A stretch of DNA of 64,000 nt from a virus (taxonomy: Duplodnaviria; Caudoviricetes). Below, piece after piece: positions 38,068-51,356 of this stretch. Made by a program: the position numbers and the translations under genes. Each line of letters opens with the position of its first letter. Position 1 is the stretch's first letter. The notes below the pieces were generated by a model. The model ran no database searches, was not told where the DNA came from, and saw only the letters and a list, made by a program, of their open reading frames with translations. The stretch covers positions 1-64,000 of IMG/VR virus record IMGVR_UViG_3300031992_000029, one strand, 5' to 3'.

Positions 38068-38895
38068 ATGTACGCAAGTAATTTTGAGTACGACGGTCAT
38101 TACCTCAGCGATTTTGGCTTTGTCGTATGTAGTTTCGACGGGGCCTCTTCATATGATGTAATAAGTGCCGGGTCTAACATAACGTTTAATAAGGTTTCTG
38201 TTGATAGAGGTAGAAGGTATGGCCTCAACGGAACTACATACGAAGAATGTATTACAGCCACATTCGATATATGCAAAGACCCATGCTATGGAAGTGACGG
38301 AATCATTACTAGCGATGAATATAGAGATATAATGAGATGGCTAAACAGAAGTAGATTTTTAAAGTTTAGGATGCTTCACGAACTTGATGGTTCCACGGAT
38401 GAATTTGATAGAGAAACTTGCTATTTTTATGCAAGTTTTAACATAGAGAAAATAAAAATGTACGAAAAACTATACGGTCTTAGATTGACAATGGAAACAA
38501 ACGCGCCGTATGGTTATGCACTGCCACTCACATATACGTTTGAATTTAACGGACCGAATGATAAGCAGTTGCTATTTGATATGTCTGATGAGATTGGCGT
38601 CACGTACCCAGATATGAAAATTAAGATTTTGGAAAGTGGCGACATAACAATACATAACGACATGACAGACTGCGATTTTATTATTACAGACTGCGTGGCT
38701 GATGAGGTAATAACTATAACTGGTAACACAATGATTATAGAAACTTCGTCAGATTCGCACGAAATAGGTTCGTGTTTCAACTTCGAATTTTTAAGTATAG
38801 GCAATACTATTGATAGTAGAGAGAATCATTTAACAGCGTCTCTACCATGCGAGGTCGAAATAACATACTCTCCTACTATCAAGGAGACACCATAG
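38068..38895 (+). CDS. Distal tail (Dit) protein
   Basis: N-terminal FEYDG..LSDFG, position after TMP. Confidence 0.75.
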   Translation: MYASNFEYDGHYLSDFGFVVCSFDGASSYDVISAGSNITFNKVSVDRGRRYGLNGTTYEECITATFDICKDPCYGSDGIITSDEYRDIMRWLNRSRFLKFRMLHELDGSTDEFDRETCYFYASFNIEKIKMYEKLYGLRLTMETNAPYGYALPLTYTFEFNGPNDKQLLFDMSDEIGVTYPDMKIKILESGDITIHNDMTDCDFIITDCVADEVITITGNTMIIETSSDSHEIGSCFNFEFLSIGNTIDSRENHLTASLPCEVEITYSPTIKETP

Positions 38896-38905
38896 GAGGA
38901 GTTGT

Positions 38906-41900
38906 ATGGCTATAAATATTAAATTTGATTCTGAGCACAATGTAATACAGCCAAAAGTAACTCTTGCTAGAAGAAGTGGTAGCAGGATAGCTAATCTGCC
39001 AGCGTGTGATATAAATCTTACAAAGTCATTTAACTCATATGCAGAGATTAGTTTTGACGTACATAAGTATGATAACGGAATAGAATATAGATATTGGGAC
39101 GACATTAAAGACCTGAGGTTAGTGTGGGTAAAAGACTGGAATGTGTTTTTTGAAATTCAAGTTCAGATCGACGAAGCGGATGAAACAGTAAAGCATATAA
39201 CCGGGAAGTCTTTAGGCGAATGTGAACTTTCTCAAATCAATCTATATGATATAGAAATTAATACAGAGAGCGATATAGAAAGGGATGACTACGTGCCTAC
39301 CGTTTTGTATAACGGCGAAGACGCGAACGCATCGTTGATGAATAGAATCATGGCGAAGGCACCGCACTATTCTATCGGACACGTAGATAATAGTATCGCT
39401 AGTATGCAAAGGACATTTTCATTTAACGACAAGTCGATTTACGACTCTCTGAATGAAATTTCAGAAGAGATGAATTGTATCTTTGTAATAGATTCAAGTA
39501 TGCGTAATAACAGGCCAGCGAGGATTGTAAGCGCATACGACCTTGAGCCGCACTGTCTTTCGTGTGGTGCAAGAGGGCCGTTCTATACTGTTAACGCAGA
39601 TGGTGTTGTAACAGGTGAAATATCGTCTCCTGTCAATAACAGAAATATTAAATGTAAAAAATGCGGAGGCAGCTCTATAAGTTTAGGCTTTGGATATAAC
39701 ACGCCGATATATGTATCGGTAGAGAATCTCGCTGATGAAGTTCAGTACGAAACAGATGTAGATTCGGTTAAGAACTGCTTTAAACTTGAGGCCGGTGACG
39801 ACCTGATGACAGCAACGGTAAGAAGCATAAACCCCAACGGCTCATCGTATATATGGTATGTTTCAGACGAGCTTAAAGATGATATGTCTGATGCTTTAGT
39901 GTCAAAGCTGAATGAGTACGATGAGGTGTACGATCACTATATTAACGACTATGTACCTAGTATAGATGCTTCTCTATTGGAGGATTATAATGATCTTGTT
40001 GATAAGTACAGTCCGTATAATCCAGATTTGAAAAAATATGATTCTACTAAGACAGGGTTCTCTAATTTAGTCCAGGCATTTTATGACAATATAGACTTCG
40101 AGGCTTACCTTGAAGATGTTTTTATGCCAGCGCCGGATATGCCTGGTATTGGAGCTGGTGTACAGGCAGCCAAACTTACTAGTAAATCAATAGATACTGT
40201 GGCTGTATCTAATCTGAAAACGTGCTCTACATATACTGCCACATCATCTGTGGTTTCAGTTGCGAAAACGATTATAGATCCGGGCTATACTGTTAAGGCT
40301 GAGACGGGTCAATATGCAGATGGTAAATGGACTGGAATACTTTTAGTAACCAATAACTCGTTAGCAGATGATACTGCGTCTACCGGAATGATTACTGTAA
40401 ATGTAACTGACGACTATCAGGCTTATATAAAACAAAGCATAGAAAAACAGCTTGATAATAAGTCCAGCGAATATGCAGACATGATAACAGTATTTTCTTA
40501 TGGCAATGAGGTGTTCGCGTTAGAACTGCAAAAGTATTGCGTTAAGGAGCTAGAGGTATTTCACGATAGCTGCCAGGCAGTACTTGACATATTGATAAAG
40601 CAGGGGGCTTCTAGCGTAGGAACATTCTATGACAACTATTATACGAAGCTGGGAATTATTGATGCTGAGATAATAGTAAGAAACTCAGAGATAGAAACAA
40701 TCACTAAGATGCAAGACATTATCAGGAGTGAATTCGAACTTATTAGAGGCTCGTTAGACTTCGAGACATATCTTGGCGAGGATTTGTGGCATGAATTCAT
40801 TGCGTTCAGGCGTGAGGACACGTATTCAAATAGCAATTTTATTTCTGACGGATTAGACAATGCTGGCGTTGTTAAGAGGGCTCTTGAGTTTATGGAAGTG
40901 GCTAAGAAGGATATTTACAAGTCTGCTACTCTCCAGCACTCTATTACAGCAAAAGTAAACAACCTGCTAACTATGGACGAGTTCTCTCCTATCGTGGATT
41001 ATTTTGAAGACGGCAACTGGATTCATATAAAAGTTGACGATAATGTATATAGGCTGAGGCTTGTTGAGTACGATGTGTCGTTTGAAAATAACGATATAGA
41101 GGTAAAGTTTTCGGATGTGTCTAGTGTAGGAAGCTCTGTGTCTGACTTAGAATCTGTAGTAAGTCAGATGAGTTCTATCTCCTCTTCCTATGATGCGGTT
41201 GCAAGACAGGCGAGCGTTGGAAGTAAGAGCAGCGAAATTGTATCGAGCTGGATTGATTCTGGACTTGATACTACAGCTGCAAGAATTGTCAACTCCGCTG
41301 ATAATCAGTCTCAGACGTGGGACTCTCACGGTATGCTGTTCAAGCAGAACGACCCGATAACCGGTGTTGACACTGGTGAACAGTTAAGAATTGTTAACTC
41401 TACGATTGCAATTACAGACGATAATTGGAACTCTGTAAAAACGGCTATCGGAAAGTTTTATTACACAGACCCAGAGACTAATGAATATGTACAGGCTTAT
41501 GGAATAAACGGCGAGGTACTTGTAGGTAAACTTATTCTTGGCCAGGAGCTTGGCATATACAGTGATTCACAGACAATGAAATTTAACGAGGACGGCCTTG
41601 AGATTACTAACGGCACAAATACGTTTAGGGTCAACCCAAATGACCTGGCGAATATGTTCGTACTGCTCAATGGTGATGATGAAGTTCTTTATACTGATGC
41701 ATCAGGCAATACTACATATAAAGGCAAGGTTGTTGTCGACGGAGATACAGTTTCTGTGGTAATCGACCCAACAGCCGAAGAGGTGTTTGCTATTAAGACT
41801 GCAGACAGTAATATCATTTCTGTTGACAGTTCTGGTAATGCCACATTTAAAGGCGCGATAAATTCTGACAGCGCAAAGATTGGTAATGATACACAATACA

Positions 41901-43324
41901 TAAGTTACGAAGACGGTCAGTTAACTATTAAAGCAGATAAGGTTTCTATCGGAGGCGATGATGTTACATTCTCCATAGCAAATGCAAAGAGAGACGGGTC
42001 AAGATATGCGACTAACTACCTATATTATAGTCCCGAGAAAGGTCTTGTCGTATCAGGTTATGCTCCGTCTTCTGATGCGGAAGTAGAGACACTTGATAGT
42101 TATAACAGTAGAGTTACAAGTGAGGGTTTCGACGTATACGAAACCGGTGTGGATAGGGTCGCTCACTTCGGGCAAGTAACTGTACTTGGAAAGGAAGGGC
42201 AGTCAAGGCAAATTGTTGACGGCGAATCTTTGTCGTTTACTACGAAGGAAGGCACGACTGTATTTACGGTTGAAAATAGTATAGCTGGAAGTGGATATTC
42301 TACTGATGAAGATGTACAGCTGTCATCTATAGGCACTTACTTAAACTCGGATAATACTCTTAACAATGAGGCTGTTGCGGATATTATAGCTAGTGTTGCT
42401 AACGGAAAAGTAATGACATCTTCACAGTACGACTTTGTGTCGTCTGCGTATAATACGTCGTTAGAAGCAGAGTTGTTTGGATACGCATTTGTTGAGGTGG
42501 AATATCAAAGCGGAGAATCTGCTGACGATGATTCTCAGACTGAAACAGGAGACGAAGATATCACTTCGGGAATTGAACAAACCCAACAATTCTCTTCCAT
42601 ACTATATTTAGATCATACTATTGAGTATAACGACGGAACAATGACGGCAACGGCAGGTGAAGTGCTAGGTCCGAACCTTGATAGCTTTGTAGACGCATTT
42701 GCCAATATGTTCCCAACAGGATCAAAAAATCACGAACTATTTCTGAGATTTACGCTTAGATACGAGATGGCCGATGTACAAATGACGGTCGGGTCTAGAA
42801 AGGATGACGGACTCACAGGTTCGCGTTCGGTCTCCATAGGGAGCGACAATGTATCTTCTGGGGTAGGGTCTGTTGCGATTGGAAAAGATATAACCGTAAC
42901 AGATAACTATTCTGTAATTGTAGGCGAAAAGAATATTCCGATAAAATATTTGAACACAGATACAGTAATACCAACAGCTTTTGCGGTAGGCACTAACGGC
43001 AAAACGCCATTTGCGGTATTAAAGAATGGTACTGTAACCATGTCGAGTGTGAACGGTGGTGAGGTGGCACAGCGTACATACAAAGCGTACTCTCTAACTA
43101 ATATAAGAGTTGATTTTGAGGTAGAGTATCCAACACCACCATTCATATTCTTAACTCTTAACGAGGATAATGTTCCTAATAATAAGACAGATATAATAGG
43201 ATACGGAAGCATACAGGTATATAAAAAGACGGTTGATACAACAGGATTTACGGCGACAGTTGTAAATGGTTCATCGAAATCACATACATTTAGTTTTAGC
43301 TGGTTTGCAATCAGCGTAATGTAA
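38906..43324 (+). CDS. Tal/baseplate hub-tail spike protein
   Basis: 1472 aa after Dit; tail-spike-type N-terminus, coiled coil, beta-rich spike, C-terminal H-type-lectin-like region (F...Y..PP...F.WFAI). Confidence 0.75.
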   Translation: MAINIKFDSEHNVIQPKVTLARRSGSRIANLPACDINLTKSFNSYAEISFDVHKYDNGIEYRYWDDIKDLRLVWVKDWNVFFEIQVQIDEADETVKHITGKSLGECELSQINLYDIEINTESDIERDDYVPTVLYNGEDANASLMNRIMAKAPHYSIGHVDNSIASMQRTFSFNDKSIYDSLNEISEEMNCIFVIDSSMRNNRPARIVSAYDLEPHCLSCGARGPFYTVNADGVVTGEISSPVNNRNIKCKKCGGSSISLGFGYNTPIYVSVENLADEVQYETDVDSVKNCFKLEAGDDLMTATVRSINPNGSSYIWYVSDELKDDMSDALVSKLNEYDEVYDHYINDYVPSIDASLLEDYNDLVDKYSPYNPDLKKYDSTKTGFSNLVQAFYDNIDFEAYLEDVFMPAPDMPGIGAGVQAAKLTSKSIDTVAVSNLKTCSTYTATSSVVSVAKTIIDPGYTVKAETGQYADGKWTGILLVTNNSLADDTASTGMITVNVTDDYQAYIKQSIEKQLDNKSSEYADMITVFSYGNEVFALELQKYCVKELEVFHDSCQAVLDILIKQGASSVGTFYDNYYTKLGIIDAEIIVRNSEIETITKMQDIIRSEFELIRGSLDFETYLGEDLWHEFIAFRREDTYSNSNFISDGLDNAGVVKRALEFMEVAKKDIYKSATLQHSITAKVNNLLTMDEFSPIVDYFEDGNWIHIKVDDNVYRLRLVEYDVSFENNDIEVKFSDVSSVGSSVSDLESVVSQMSSISSSYDAVARQASVGSKSSEIVSSWIDSGLDTTAARIVNSADNQSQTWDSHGMLFKQNDPITGVDTGEQLRIVNSTIAITDDNWNSVKTAIGKFYYTDPETNEYVQAYGINGEVLVGKLILGQELGIYSDSQTMKFNEDGLEITNGTNTFRVNPNDLANMFVLLNGDDEVLYTDASGNTTYKGKVVVDGDTVSVVIDPTAEEVFAIKTADSNIISVDSSGNATFKGAINSDSAKIGNDTQYISYEDGQLTIKADKVSIGGDDVTFSIANAKRDGSRYATNYLYYSPEKGLVVSGYAPSSDAEVETLDSYNSRVTSEGFDVYETGVDRVAHFGQVTVLGKEGQSRQIVDGESLSFTTKEGTTVFTVENSIAGSGYSTDEDVQLSSIGTYLNSDNTLNNEAVADIIASVANGKVMTSSQYDFVSSAYNTSLEAELFGYAFVEVEYQSGESADDDSQTETGDEDITSGIEQTQQFSSILYLDHTIEYNDGTMTATAGEVLGPNLDSFVDAFANMFPTGSKNHELFLRFTLRYEMADVQMTVGSRKDDGLTGSRSVSIGSDNVSSGVGSVAIGKDITVTDNYSVIVGEKNIPIKYLNTDTVIPTAFAVGTNGKTPFAVLKNGTVTMSSVNGGEVAQRTYKAYSLTNIRVDFEVEYPTPPFIFLTLNEDNVPNNKTDIIGYGSIQVYKKTVDTTGFTATVVNGSSKSHTFSFSWFAISVM

Positions 43325-43336
43325 TAGGCTTACGAA

Positions 43337-43362
43337 AAGGGCTGGCATATGCTAGCCCTTTT
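43337..43362 (+). terminator. Hairpin terminator
   Basis: AAAGGGCTGGC-ATAT-GCTAGCCCTTTT. Confidence 0.7.
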
Positions 43363-43365
43363 AGA

Positions 43366-46300
43366 ATGGACGGATTTATGGATATTCAAGTAAATGTAGT
43401 AGGTCAGAAATTAAAACTGGCTAAGAATTATAAATCTTTGATAGACGGGTCGCAAAAGTTTATACGATTCGTATTTAATCTAGACGGCAGTTGGACTAAT
43501 CTTGTCACATATGCACAGTTTACGCAGGATGGTAAATCTTATAATTGTTATTTAGATAGCGATTCGTCTGTGTATATGCCGCCTGAGATAACGGTTGGTG
43601 AGTGTACAATAACTTTAAGCGGCACACTTAATGGCATAATAGCTACAACCGATTATGTTACAATAGAAATTTTAGATAATATATTAACTACCGGAGAAGA
43701 GAGCACAGAGATAACTGAGTCTCTATACGAGCAGTTAATAGATAGAATTAATGAAGTTGAATCGGGGCAGTCTGGATTTAGCAGGCTTGTTGCCGAAGAG
43801 GAGAGTCAAAGGACATCTGAGGATGCGGCTATACGTAAGTTGATTGACGACTTGTCCGCTTCTCAAAACACATTAAGTCAGAAAATAACTGGTGAGGGCA
43901 CTGCTAGATCTGAAGCAGACGATAACCTTAAAGCCCTAATAAATACAGTTGCTAGAAATATTAGTAGCGAAGAATCAGAGAGAAAGGATGCCGATTCTAA
44001 TATCTCTAATAATATTTCAAGTATGCAATCGAAACTTGAACTTGAATCAGTAGAAAGGTCACAGCAGGACGCCGCTTTAAATAGTAGAATTGACCAGATA
44101 CTTGCTATACAGGAAGGGAGTACTACTGGAGATGCTGAGCTACAAGACATTCGAATCGGTTATGACGGAGTTGAATACCAGTCTGCAGGCACTGCGGTAA
44201 GAACTCAAATAACAAAAACTAATAGTAGAGTCGACGAAAATGCTGTATCTATAGGAGAAGTGTCTTCTACTGTTGACGAACTGTCTGGAGCTATGAATTA
44301 TAAGGTTGACGGTGCATTCGTTGAGGACGGCGTAGCATACTTTACAAGCGATAATAATGTCCTCTTTTCTATCACTGGTATCGGCGGTGGAGGAGGAGGT
44401 GGTGGAGGAGGCGACTCGTCCTCTTCTACACTTGTATTACAGAATTTAACAGGATGGATTTCTAAAACAATATCTGCGAACAGTACATGCACACTACATC
44501 TAAATTGGTCCTCTCTTATGGACGGAATGGAGACTGGTAGCGGAACAATGTCTGTTCAAGCAAGAGGAGCTAATGTTCTTAATAGATCAATCGCTCAAGG
44601 AGAATTTGCTGTAGATGTCACCAAGTATTTACAGTCAGGTTCTAATAGGATTAGGGTTACAGTTACAGATTCATACGGTACAACTAAATCAATCATATTT
44701 ACTATAAATGTAGTTTCGCTAAATATAACTTCTACGTTTGATCAAGGTATTGCGAGAACTGGCTCGTTTGATGTTATTTATACAGTAACAGGTTCTGGCG
44801 ATAAAGTAGTACATTTTATAATAGACGGCACAGAGGTTGCAACTGATGTAGTACAAACGTCTGGAAGACAAATAAACCATAATTTTGAGGCGTTACCTCA
44901 CGGTAGTCACATTATTGAGATATATGCTACTTCGACTGTAGACGGTGAGGATGTCGAGTCGAACCATATATATTTATCGGTAATTTCAGTACAATCCGGG
45001 AATAACACTCCTATTATATCATCTTCTTATAGAGTGACTGAGGTAAGGCAGTTTGAGACTATTGTTATACCTTATTATGTTTATAACCCAGCAAGTTATA
45101 CTGCAAACGTTGGTATTTATATTAACGGAGAACTTTGGTCGTCACAAACAGTAGAACGTACACAGCAGCTTATTTCGTACAGGGCTAGGACATCTGGAGA
45201 TTTAGCAATTCAGATTAGATGTGGTTCTGAATCAAAAACTTTTGTAATAAATGTAGGTAAGGCAGACTCGTCTCTCGAACCTATTACAACAAAGCTATCA
45301 TTATATCTGCCTGCAGAAGGTAGGTCTAATAATGAAGCTAATCCTGGAACATGGACTTACGGTACTACATCTTCCGAGTTCAATAATTTTAACTTTGTTT
45401 CAGATGGATGGCTGCACGATGAAGCAGGAAACACGATGCTAAGGGTCACAGGTAACGCTCGATTAACTATAGATAATCTTCTGTTCCAAGACAATTTTAC
45501 TACAGACGGTAAGACGATAGAATTTGAGTTTAAAACATCGAATGTTTTAGACTATGATTCAGATATTATTACATGTTGGAGTAACAACCGTGGCATAAAA
45601 TTCACTGCTCAAAAAGCAACTATTGCCTCCGAGGGTGCTTCTATTAGTACTCAATTTAAAGAAGATGAACACGTAAGACTGAGCTTCGTTGTAAGCCCTG
45701 CTGATACAAGATTATTATATATTTACATAAACGGAATTATTTCTGGTGTAGTACAGTATCCAGAACGAGACGACTTCTCTCAATCGAATCCAGTTCCTAT
45801 ATCTATCGGGTCGTCAGACTGTACAATAGATATATATAATATCAGAATATACGACTATGCGTTGAGCTCTAACAATATAGTTACTAACTGGATAGCAGAT
45901 ACTCAAGACATAAACGACATGCTTGAACGCCATGAGAGAAACGATATTATTGAAGGCGGGGAAATTTCTATTGATAAATTGCCTGCGAATCTGCCATATT
46001 TCCTGATCGAGGGAGAGGCGCTACCTCAGGCTAAGAAAGATGCAAAGATAATATCTGGTCGTTATGTAGACCCTGTTAATCCTGATAGGTCTTTTACTTA
46101 CTATGATGCGTCGTGCGATGTGCAGGGTACTTCTTCACAGAACTATCCTAGAAAGAATTATAAAATAAAGTTCAAAAACTTTACGAATAATAATGGCGAG
46201 ACATCGTCTACGTATTGCCTAAGGGGATCAGACAAGTCAATCCCGAGTAAGGTGTTTTGCTTTAAGGCGGACTATGCGTCGTCTGAAAGTGCAAATAACG

Positions 46301-49300
46301 TTGAGCTTGTTAGGTTATACGAAGATTCGTGTCCTGTTAAGACTGAGGCACAGCAAGAAGATGAAACAGGGCTTGTGCGTCAGGGAATAGACGGCGTGCC
46401 TATCGTTATATTCTGGTACAAGCCGTCTACTGGCGTTACGACATTTATGGGCAAATACAACTTTAACTTCGATAAGTCTTCACCGATTTTCGGATTTGAG
46501 GACGGGGATGAATCGTGGGAAACAATAGACAACTCGAACGAATGGGCTATGTTTAAAAGAGCCGATTATGACGGCGATGGATGGCTGAAAGGATTCGAGG
46601 CAAGATACCCAGATCTGGACAATCCGTATACAGACGCAACTAATCTGTCAGCTATGGCTCAATGGGTTAACTCGACTGACACGGATGGAACGAGATTTGA
46701 CATAAGACTACCGGATAATATTGTGCTTCACGGCGGAGGAAGAAATGGCGATGGCGTATTTAATAAAGCGCTGGATACGTCATTTTGGAAATATTTAAGC
46801 ATTGTTAGAACTCCTACATATAAGTGGGATTTAACAGAGCTAAAAGCAAGTAGCGCTTATGACTCAGAAAATCAATGCATGAAATTATCGAACTCGTTAT
46901 TTGTAATTACATTTGGTAATGCTGGGTCGACATTGTATGACGGTAGCGAACTTTCAAAGGACGGAACCACACGGTATAACGCCGTGCATAGGTTTGATGC
47001 GGCGACAGGAGAATCTCTTGGATATAATACAGCTATCTCCGCATATCTTCAGTATACGGATAGTGGGTCATTTAATACTGGTAGCCGTGCAAATTATCAG
47101 CAGGAGTTTTACGCTGCTTATTCAAATGGTATTTATTTTGAAGTACCAGTTTATGAACAGGACTCAGATTATTTCTATGCGTATTGGTCTAAAACACTAC
47201 CTAACGGATTTGTGCTTCCAATAGGAGTTGAGCCTGGCGATGTAATTTACGCTGGTAAAAACACACCGTATTACGGACTTAAAAACATAGATGATACGCT
47301 TGTAGAATTCGAGACACCAGTTGTGTACAGAGAGGAATACGGCGACGGAGAATATAAAGAACTCCGATTCGATTTCGACTCTGTGCAGTATAGGATAGCT
47401 AAGTTCAAATTCGAACTTGATAATTGGTTTAATAAAGACGACGTGCTATTTTATTATTTATTTACAGAGCTTTTCCTTATGATTGACTCGCGAGTTAAAA
47501 ACTCGTTCCCTACATTATATGCGTCAAATCAGGGGGCTAAGTGGGTATGGTTGCCATACGATATGGATACTGCTATCGGTATCAATAACGAGGGTAAGCT
47601 GGTGTTTGATTATTCGCTAGAAGATATTGATATGTTATCAAGAACCGCTGGCGTTTACAATGGATACAAGACTGTAATGTGGAACAATGTAAGAGATGCG
47701 TTTCAAAGCGAACTTGCTTCGATGTATCAAAGACTACGTGCTGATGGTGTGCTATCATATGACGTTGTTGAGAAGAGATTTGAAGACCATCAGAGCGTAT
47801 GGCCAGAAACTGTATTTAATGAAGACGCATATTATAAATACATACAGCCATTTATAGACAGCGGTGATGACAATTTATACATGTGTTTAGGGTCAAAAGC
47901 CGAACAACGTAAATGGTGGCTATATAATAGATTCAGATATATAGATTCTAAATATAACGCAGGATATGCTAGAACAAGTTTTATCTATGCGCGTGTTTAT
48001 CAAAAGTCTGATCTAGTAATTACGCCATACGCTAGTATATATGCAAGCGCAGAATACGACAGTAACCTGGTTAAAACGAGAGCAATAAGAAATATCAGTA
48101 CAGTTGTTCCATCTCCTGAAACATGGGATCCAGGCGGAGCCGACGCTGTACTAAGAATTTATTCAGCAGACCAGCTAGCTAGCGTTGGTGATTTAAGCCC
48201 ATTCTATGTTGGTGAGATATCATTTGCGGCTGCGGTTAAACTGAAAGAAATTAAAATTGGCGACAGTAGCCCGTCATATAGTAATGAGAACTTACAAAAT
48301 CTTATCTTAGGAAATAACTCACTGCTTAAGTCCCTTGACGTTCGTAACTGTCCAAATCTTAATAAATCTATTGATATTAGCGGATGTACTAATATAGAAG
48401 AGATATATTTCGATGGCACATCTATTACTGGCTTGAATCTTCCAAATGGTGGCATTATCAAAACTCTGCATTTACCCGGAACGATATCGAACCTCACAGT
48501 ACTCAATCAGCAAAATATAACAGATTTTGTTTTAGATAGCTATTCGAATATTTCAACGCTTAATATTGAGAACTCATCAATTGACGAACTACCGATTTTA
48601 ATTGGTATGTCAAACGGAGGCAGAGTACGTTTGATAAACGTCGACTGGACTACATATAACATAGACGAAGCCGAAGAACTCATAGGAAAATTATATAGCA
48701 GCCGTGGTATAGATGCGTCAGGCAATAATACAGATGCGGCTGTAGTGACTGGAAGGTACCATGCCGCTGTAATAAGCGACTGGCAACTGGATAGACTGTC
48801 TAAGTTCCCTGAGCTGATAGTTACATACGATGATCTCACTATATACAAATGGAAACTATATTCGTATTTCGACAAGACGCTTACTAGATATGACGATCCT
48901 GTTATAACAAAGATATCGAGCTACGCATTTAGAGGTAGGTGGCCCGACGGGTTCGTAATAAACACGCCGAATGTTTCCGAGATAAAACCGTTTGCGTTTT
49001 ATGCATGTGTGCCCGAGAGTATTGAGCTAGGTGAAATGCCGCTTGTAACAGAACTACCAGCAAGATGGTGTAATATGTCGCTTATTAAAAGCATGTCGTT
49101 TCCAAATTGCAGGACGCAACATATATCTGGTGATTCTATACTTGGTACGAGTGGAGTTCACAATGGATGCCCGTCATTCAAAGAATCGTTCCCAAACCTC
49201 ACGACTTTATGGAATGATTCTACAACTGTAAGTGGGACGCTTATGAGGAATGCATATTTTAGAGATTTCGATGCGCCTAATTTGGTTAATAATAATGTTA

Positions 49301-49800
49301 TGCCTACTAGCATGTTTAATTCATGCTCATCATTTATATACATATATATGCCAAAATTTACTGGCACGGTTACGGGATATCTTTATACGTCTTCTGAGAA
49401 CGGACTTCTTGAATACATTGTTGCACCAGGTATTACGATGTCTAATGGAACTATAACTCTGCCTACGAAATGTAAGTATATTGAAATTTTCCACGATAAT
49501 ATAGTTGGAAAGCAGAATTCAAGGACTGGTAATAACGTAGAACATTTGGTTTTAAGGGACGCATCAAATATTTCGACAGCGGCTGGATCAGACGGAGTCT
49601 TTTACGGTAACACTAATTGCGTTAATGTGTATGTAGCAAGAGATTTAATATCTGAGTATCAAGCTGCAACTAATTGGTCGTTAATGGAGGCTAATAATTT
49701 ATGTACATTTAAAGCGTTAGAGGATTATACAGTCGATGGGACATTGACGGGGGAGTTTAACTACTCGCTGATCAATATGGAGGTATATCATGAATCGTGA
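43366..49800 (+). CDS. Giant baseplate/receptor-binding protein (BppU-like N-term, Ig-like, LamG-like, CotH-kinase-like, LRR)
   Basis: 2144 aa; [35 protein letters not shown] (CotH-like); DIYNIRIYD (LamG-like); [10 protein letters not shown] and ..F.. repeats (LRR). Confidence 0.75.
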   Translation: MDGFMDIQVNVVGQKLKLAKNYKSLIDGSQKFIRFVFNLDGSWTNLVTYAQFTQDGKSYNCYLDSDSSVYMPPEITVGECTITLSGTLNGIIATTDYVTIEILDNILTTGEESTEITESLYEQLIDRINEVESGQSGFSRLVAEEESQRTSEDAAIRKLIDDLSASQNTLSQKITGEGTARSEADDNLKALINTVARNISSEESERKDADSNISNNISSMQSKLELESVERSQQDAALNSRIDQILAIQEGSTTGDAELQDIRIGYDGVEYQSAGTAVRTQITKTNSRVDENAVSIGEVSSTVDELSGAMNYKVDGAFVEDGVAYFTSDNNVLFSITGIGGGGGGGGGGDSSSSTLVLQNLTGWISKTISANSTCTLHLNWSSLMDGMETGSGTMSVQARGANVLNRSIAQGEFAVDVTKYLQSGSNRIRVTVTDSYGTTKSIIFTINVVSLNITSTFDQGIARTGSFDVIYTVTGSGDKVVHFIIDGTEVATDVVQTSGRQINHNFEALPHGSHIIEIYATSTVDGEDVESNHIYLSVISVQSGNNTPIISSSYRVTEVRQFETIVIPYYVYNPASYTANVGIYINGELWSSQTVERTQQLISYRARTSGDLAIQIRCGSESKTFVINVGKADSSLEPITTKLSLYLPAEGRSNNEANPGTWTYGTTSSEFNNFNFVSDGWLHDEAGNTMLRVTGNARLTIDNLLFQDNFTTDGKTIEFEFKTSNVLDYDSDIITCWSNNRGIKFTAQKATIASEGASISTQFKEDEHVRLSFVVSPADTRLLYIYINGIISGVVQYPERDDFSQSNPVPISIGSSDCTIDIYNIRIYDYALSSNNIVTNWIADTQDINDMLERHERNDIIEGGEISIDKLPANLPYFLIEGEALPQAKKDAKIISGRYVDPVNPDRSFTYYDASCDVQGTSSQNYPRKNYKIKFKNFTNNNGETSSTYCLRGSDKSIPSKVFCFKADYASSESANNVELVRLYEDSCPVKTEAQQEDETGLVRQGIDGVPIVIFWYKPSTGVTTFMGKYNFNFDKSSPIFGFEDGDESWETIDNSNEWAMFKRADYDGDGWLKGFEARYPDLDNPYTDATNLSAMAQWVNSTDTDGTRFDIRLPDNIVLHGGGRNGDGVFNKALDTSFWKYLSIVRTPTYKWDLTELKASSAYDSENQCMKLSNSLFVITFGNAGSTLYDGSELSKDGTTRYNAVHRFDAATGESLGYNTAISAYLQYTDSGSFNTGSRANYQQEFYAAYSNGIYFEVPVYEQDSDYFYAYWSKTLPNGFVLPIGVEPGDVIYAGKNTPYYGLKNIDDTLVEFETPVVYREEYGDGEYKELRFDFDSVQYRIAKFKFELDNWFNKDDVLFYYLFTELFLMIDSRVKNSFPTLYASNQGAKWVWLPYDMDTAIGINNEGKLVFDYSLEDIDMLSRTAGVYNGYKTVMWNNVRDAFQSELASMYQRLRADGVLSYDVVEKRFEDHQSVWPETVFNEDAYYKYIQPFIDSGDDNLYMCLGSKAEQRKWWLYNRFRYIDSKYNAGYARTSFIYARVYQKSDLVITPYASIYASAEYDSNLVKTRAIRNISTVVPSPETWDPGGADAVLRIYSADQLASVGDLSPFYVGEISFAAAVKLKEIKIGDSSPSYSNENLQNLILGNNSLLKSLDVRNCPNLNKSIDISGCTNIEEIYFDGTSITGLNLPNGGIIKTLHLPGTISNLTVLNQQNITDFVLDSYSNISTLNIENSSIDELPILIGMSNGGRVRLINVDWTTYNIDEAEELIGKLYSSRGIDASGNNTDAAVVTGRYHAAVISDWQLDRLSKFPELIVTYDDLTIYKWKLYSYFDKTLTRYDDPVITKISSYAFRGRWPDGFVINTPNVSEIKPFAFYACVPESIELGEMPLVTELPARWCNMSLIKSMSFPNCRTQHISGDSILGTSGVHNGCPSFKESFPNLTTLWNDSTTVSGTLMRNAYFRDFDAPNLVNNNVMPTSMFNSCSSFIYIYMPKFTGTVTGYLYTSSENGLLEYIVAPGITMSNGTITLPTKCKYIEIFHDNIVGKQNSRTGNNVEHLVLRDASNISTAAGSDGVFYGNTNCVNVYVARDLISEYQAATNWSLMEANNLCTFKALEDYTVDGTLTGEFNYSLINMEVYHES

Positions 49801-50599
49801 AGACACAGTATATAAGTATAGAGACGACGAGATGGGCTTGGTAAGACTCTTTGTGTCCGGTGAATTTGATGAGGATCTAATAGCGCATAATATGTTATAT
49901 CAGCCTATATTTGGCCAAAGTAATAATATGGAAGGTTCTCCGATGTTTTATATCTCACCAGACAGCCCATCAGGCGATAAAGTAAATGTAGATATGGAAA
50001 TATATGATAATAATTTTTCTGGTACATGGAGCTTTCTTAGAGATGTTGGTAATGTAAAATCCGCAAGACTTAAAATTAATATACCAGAGACTGCTGCTAG
50101 CAATGCAAGAACTTCTGGTAATATTCTCGGCGGAGCCTTGCAGGGTATAGAATATGGCGAAATAATTTTTAATGACAAAAGAAACTCGTCGTCTAGAAGC
50201 ATTGGGTTAATGACAAGAAATGACCATATTATACAGGCTGCAGAATTAAGAACCTTGGTTCTTAGATATCGGAACCCGAATAATATTGCAGGTTCTATAT
50301 TCACAGATAACTGGTTATCTGGCTCTAAGCCGCAGTTATCTACTATAGTTTTAGACAACTGTAAAGATGGTGATACGTACATTTGTATTGTGCCGATGAA
50401 CTCTAATGCACTTAATACATCGGAGTATTTTAAATCGGGTGGTACCGGTGGTACAATTTATATTCCACGTGTGTTATATAATCATTTAGGCGACGGAAGT
50501 GAATATGACTACAAGTCTGCTACGAATTGGAGCAGATTTGATTCGTATGGCACAATCACATGGGCTCAAATAGAAGGGAGTGAATACGAAGCTGAATGA
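49790..50599 (+). CDS. LRR/BspA-like receptor-binding accessory protein
   Basis: LRTLVLR, LSTIVLD and TIYIP...YKSATNWS cap motif. Confidence 0.55.
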   Translation: MNREDTVYKYRDDEMGLVRLFVSGEFDEDLIAHNMLYQPIFGQSNNMEGSPMFYISPDSPSGDKVNVDMEIYDNNFSGTWSFLRDVGNVKSARLKINIPETAASNARTSGNILGGALQGIEYGEIIFNDKRNSSSRSIGLMTRNDHIIQAAELRTLVLRYRNPNNIAGSIFTDNWLSGSKPQLSTIVLDNCKDGDTYICIVPMNSNALNTSEYFKSGGTGGTIYIPRVLYNHLGDGSEYDYKSATNWSRFDSYGTITWAQIEGSEYEAE

Positions 50600-50853
50600 T
50601 CCATACAGAGATATATAATATAAACGGTCGTTCTTTTACGTTAACATGGGCAGACTCAGGTTTTATAGAACGTGATGGTATTGTCTACGAAGAAGCAAAC
50701 GATCCGACTGAATTAAACAGGGTTTATAAAGAAGTTGACGGTCCTGATATCGACACTAGCGACGAGATAGATATCGACGGCGATGATACAGCTCCGTCCT
50801 CTTCTATTATTGAAAGAAGAATTAGACTAGCAGCGAGGTATGCATCAGTATGA
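50596..50853 (+). CDS. Small fibre-associated hypothetical protein
   Basis: 85 aa, ATGA overlap, YEEA.DP....Y.E motif. Confidence 0.65.
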   Translation: MIHTEIYNINGRSFTLTWADSGFIERDGIVYEEANDPTELNRVYKEVDGPDIDTSDEIDIDGDDTAPSSSIIERRIRLAARYASV

Positions 50854-51302
50854 AAGAATTTATTAAATCTATTATTAAATCTGGTGATTACGTGCTAAGT
50901 GAACTAGAGGTGAAGATTAAGAAACTATATGTACTTGGCGATTTAACCTCTGAAGACATGGATGAGCTGCTTAAATTTGCAGCTGATAATGTTGACGATT
51001 CTGCGCAAGTGGATTTATTTGAAAAAGTGGTTGATATCGAACACAGGCTTGTCGCTCTTGAGAGCGCTGGCTATGCAGTATGGAAGCCAGGGTATGTTAC
51101 TAAGAAGGGCGAAATCGTCAAGGTTGACCTAGATAGCGACGGCGAATATGATTTTGCTATGTATGATGGTGGCAGAAGTTCTACGGCGTTGTCAATTGGT
51201 AAGATCGATGGCTGGTATAAGGTTACATCAACTGGTACGAAGACGCATATTATTACTAGAAATAGTGACGGCACGTTATCTCTTACCGAAATCACAGCAT
51301 GA
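50850..51302 (+). CDS. Hypothetical protein, possible small carbohydrate-binding module
   Basis: 150 aa; W.PG...KGEIV motif. Confidence 0.6.
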   Translation: MKEFIKSIIKSGDYVLSELEVKIKKLYVLGDLTSEDMDELLKFAADNVDDSAQVDLFEKVVDIEHRLVALESAGYAVWKPGYVTKKGEIVKVDLDSDGEYDFAMYDGGRSSTALSIGKIDGWYKVTSTGTKTHIITRNSDGTLSLTEITA

Positions 51303-51356
51303 TAAATAATATGAAATGGCTGGCCTTGTGCCAGTCATTTTTAGAATGGAGAAAAA

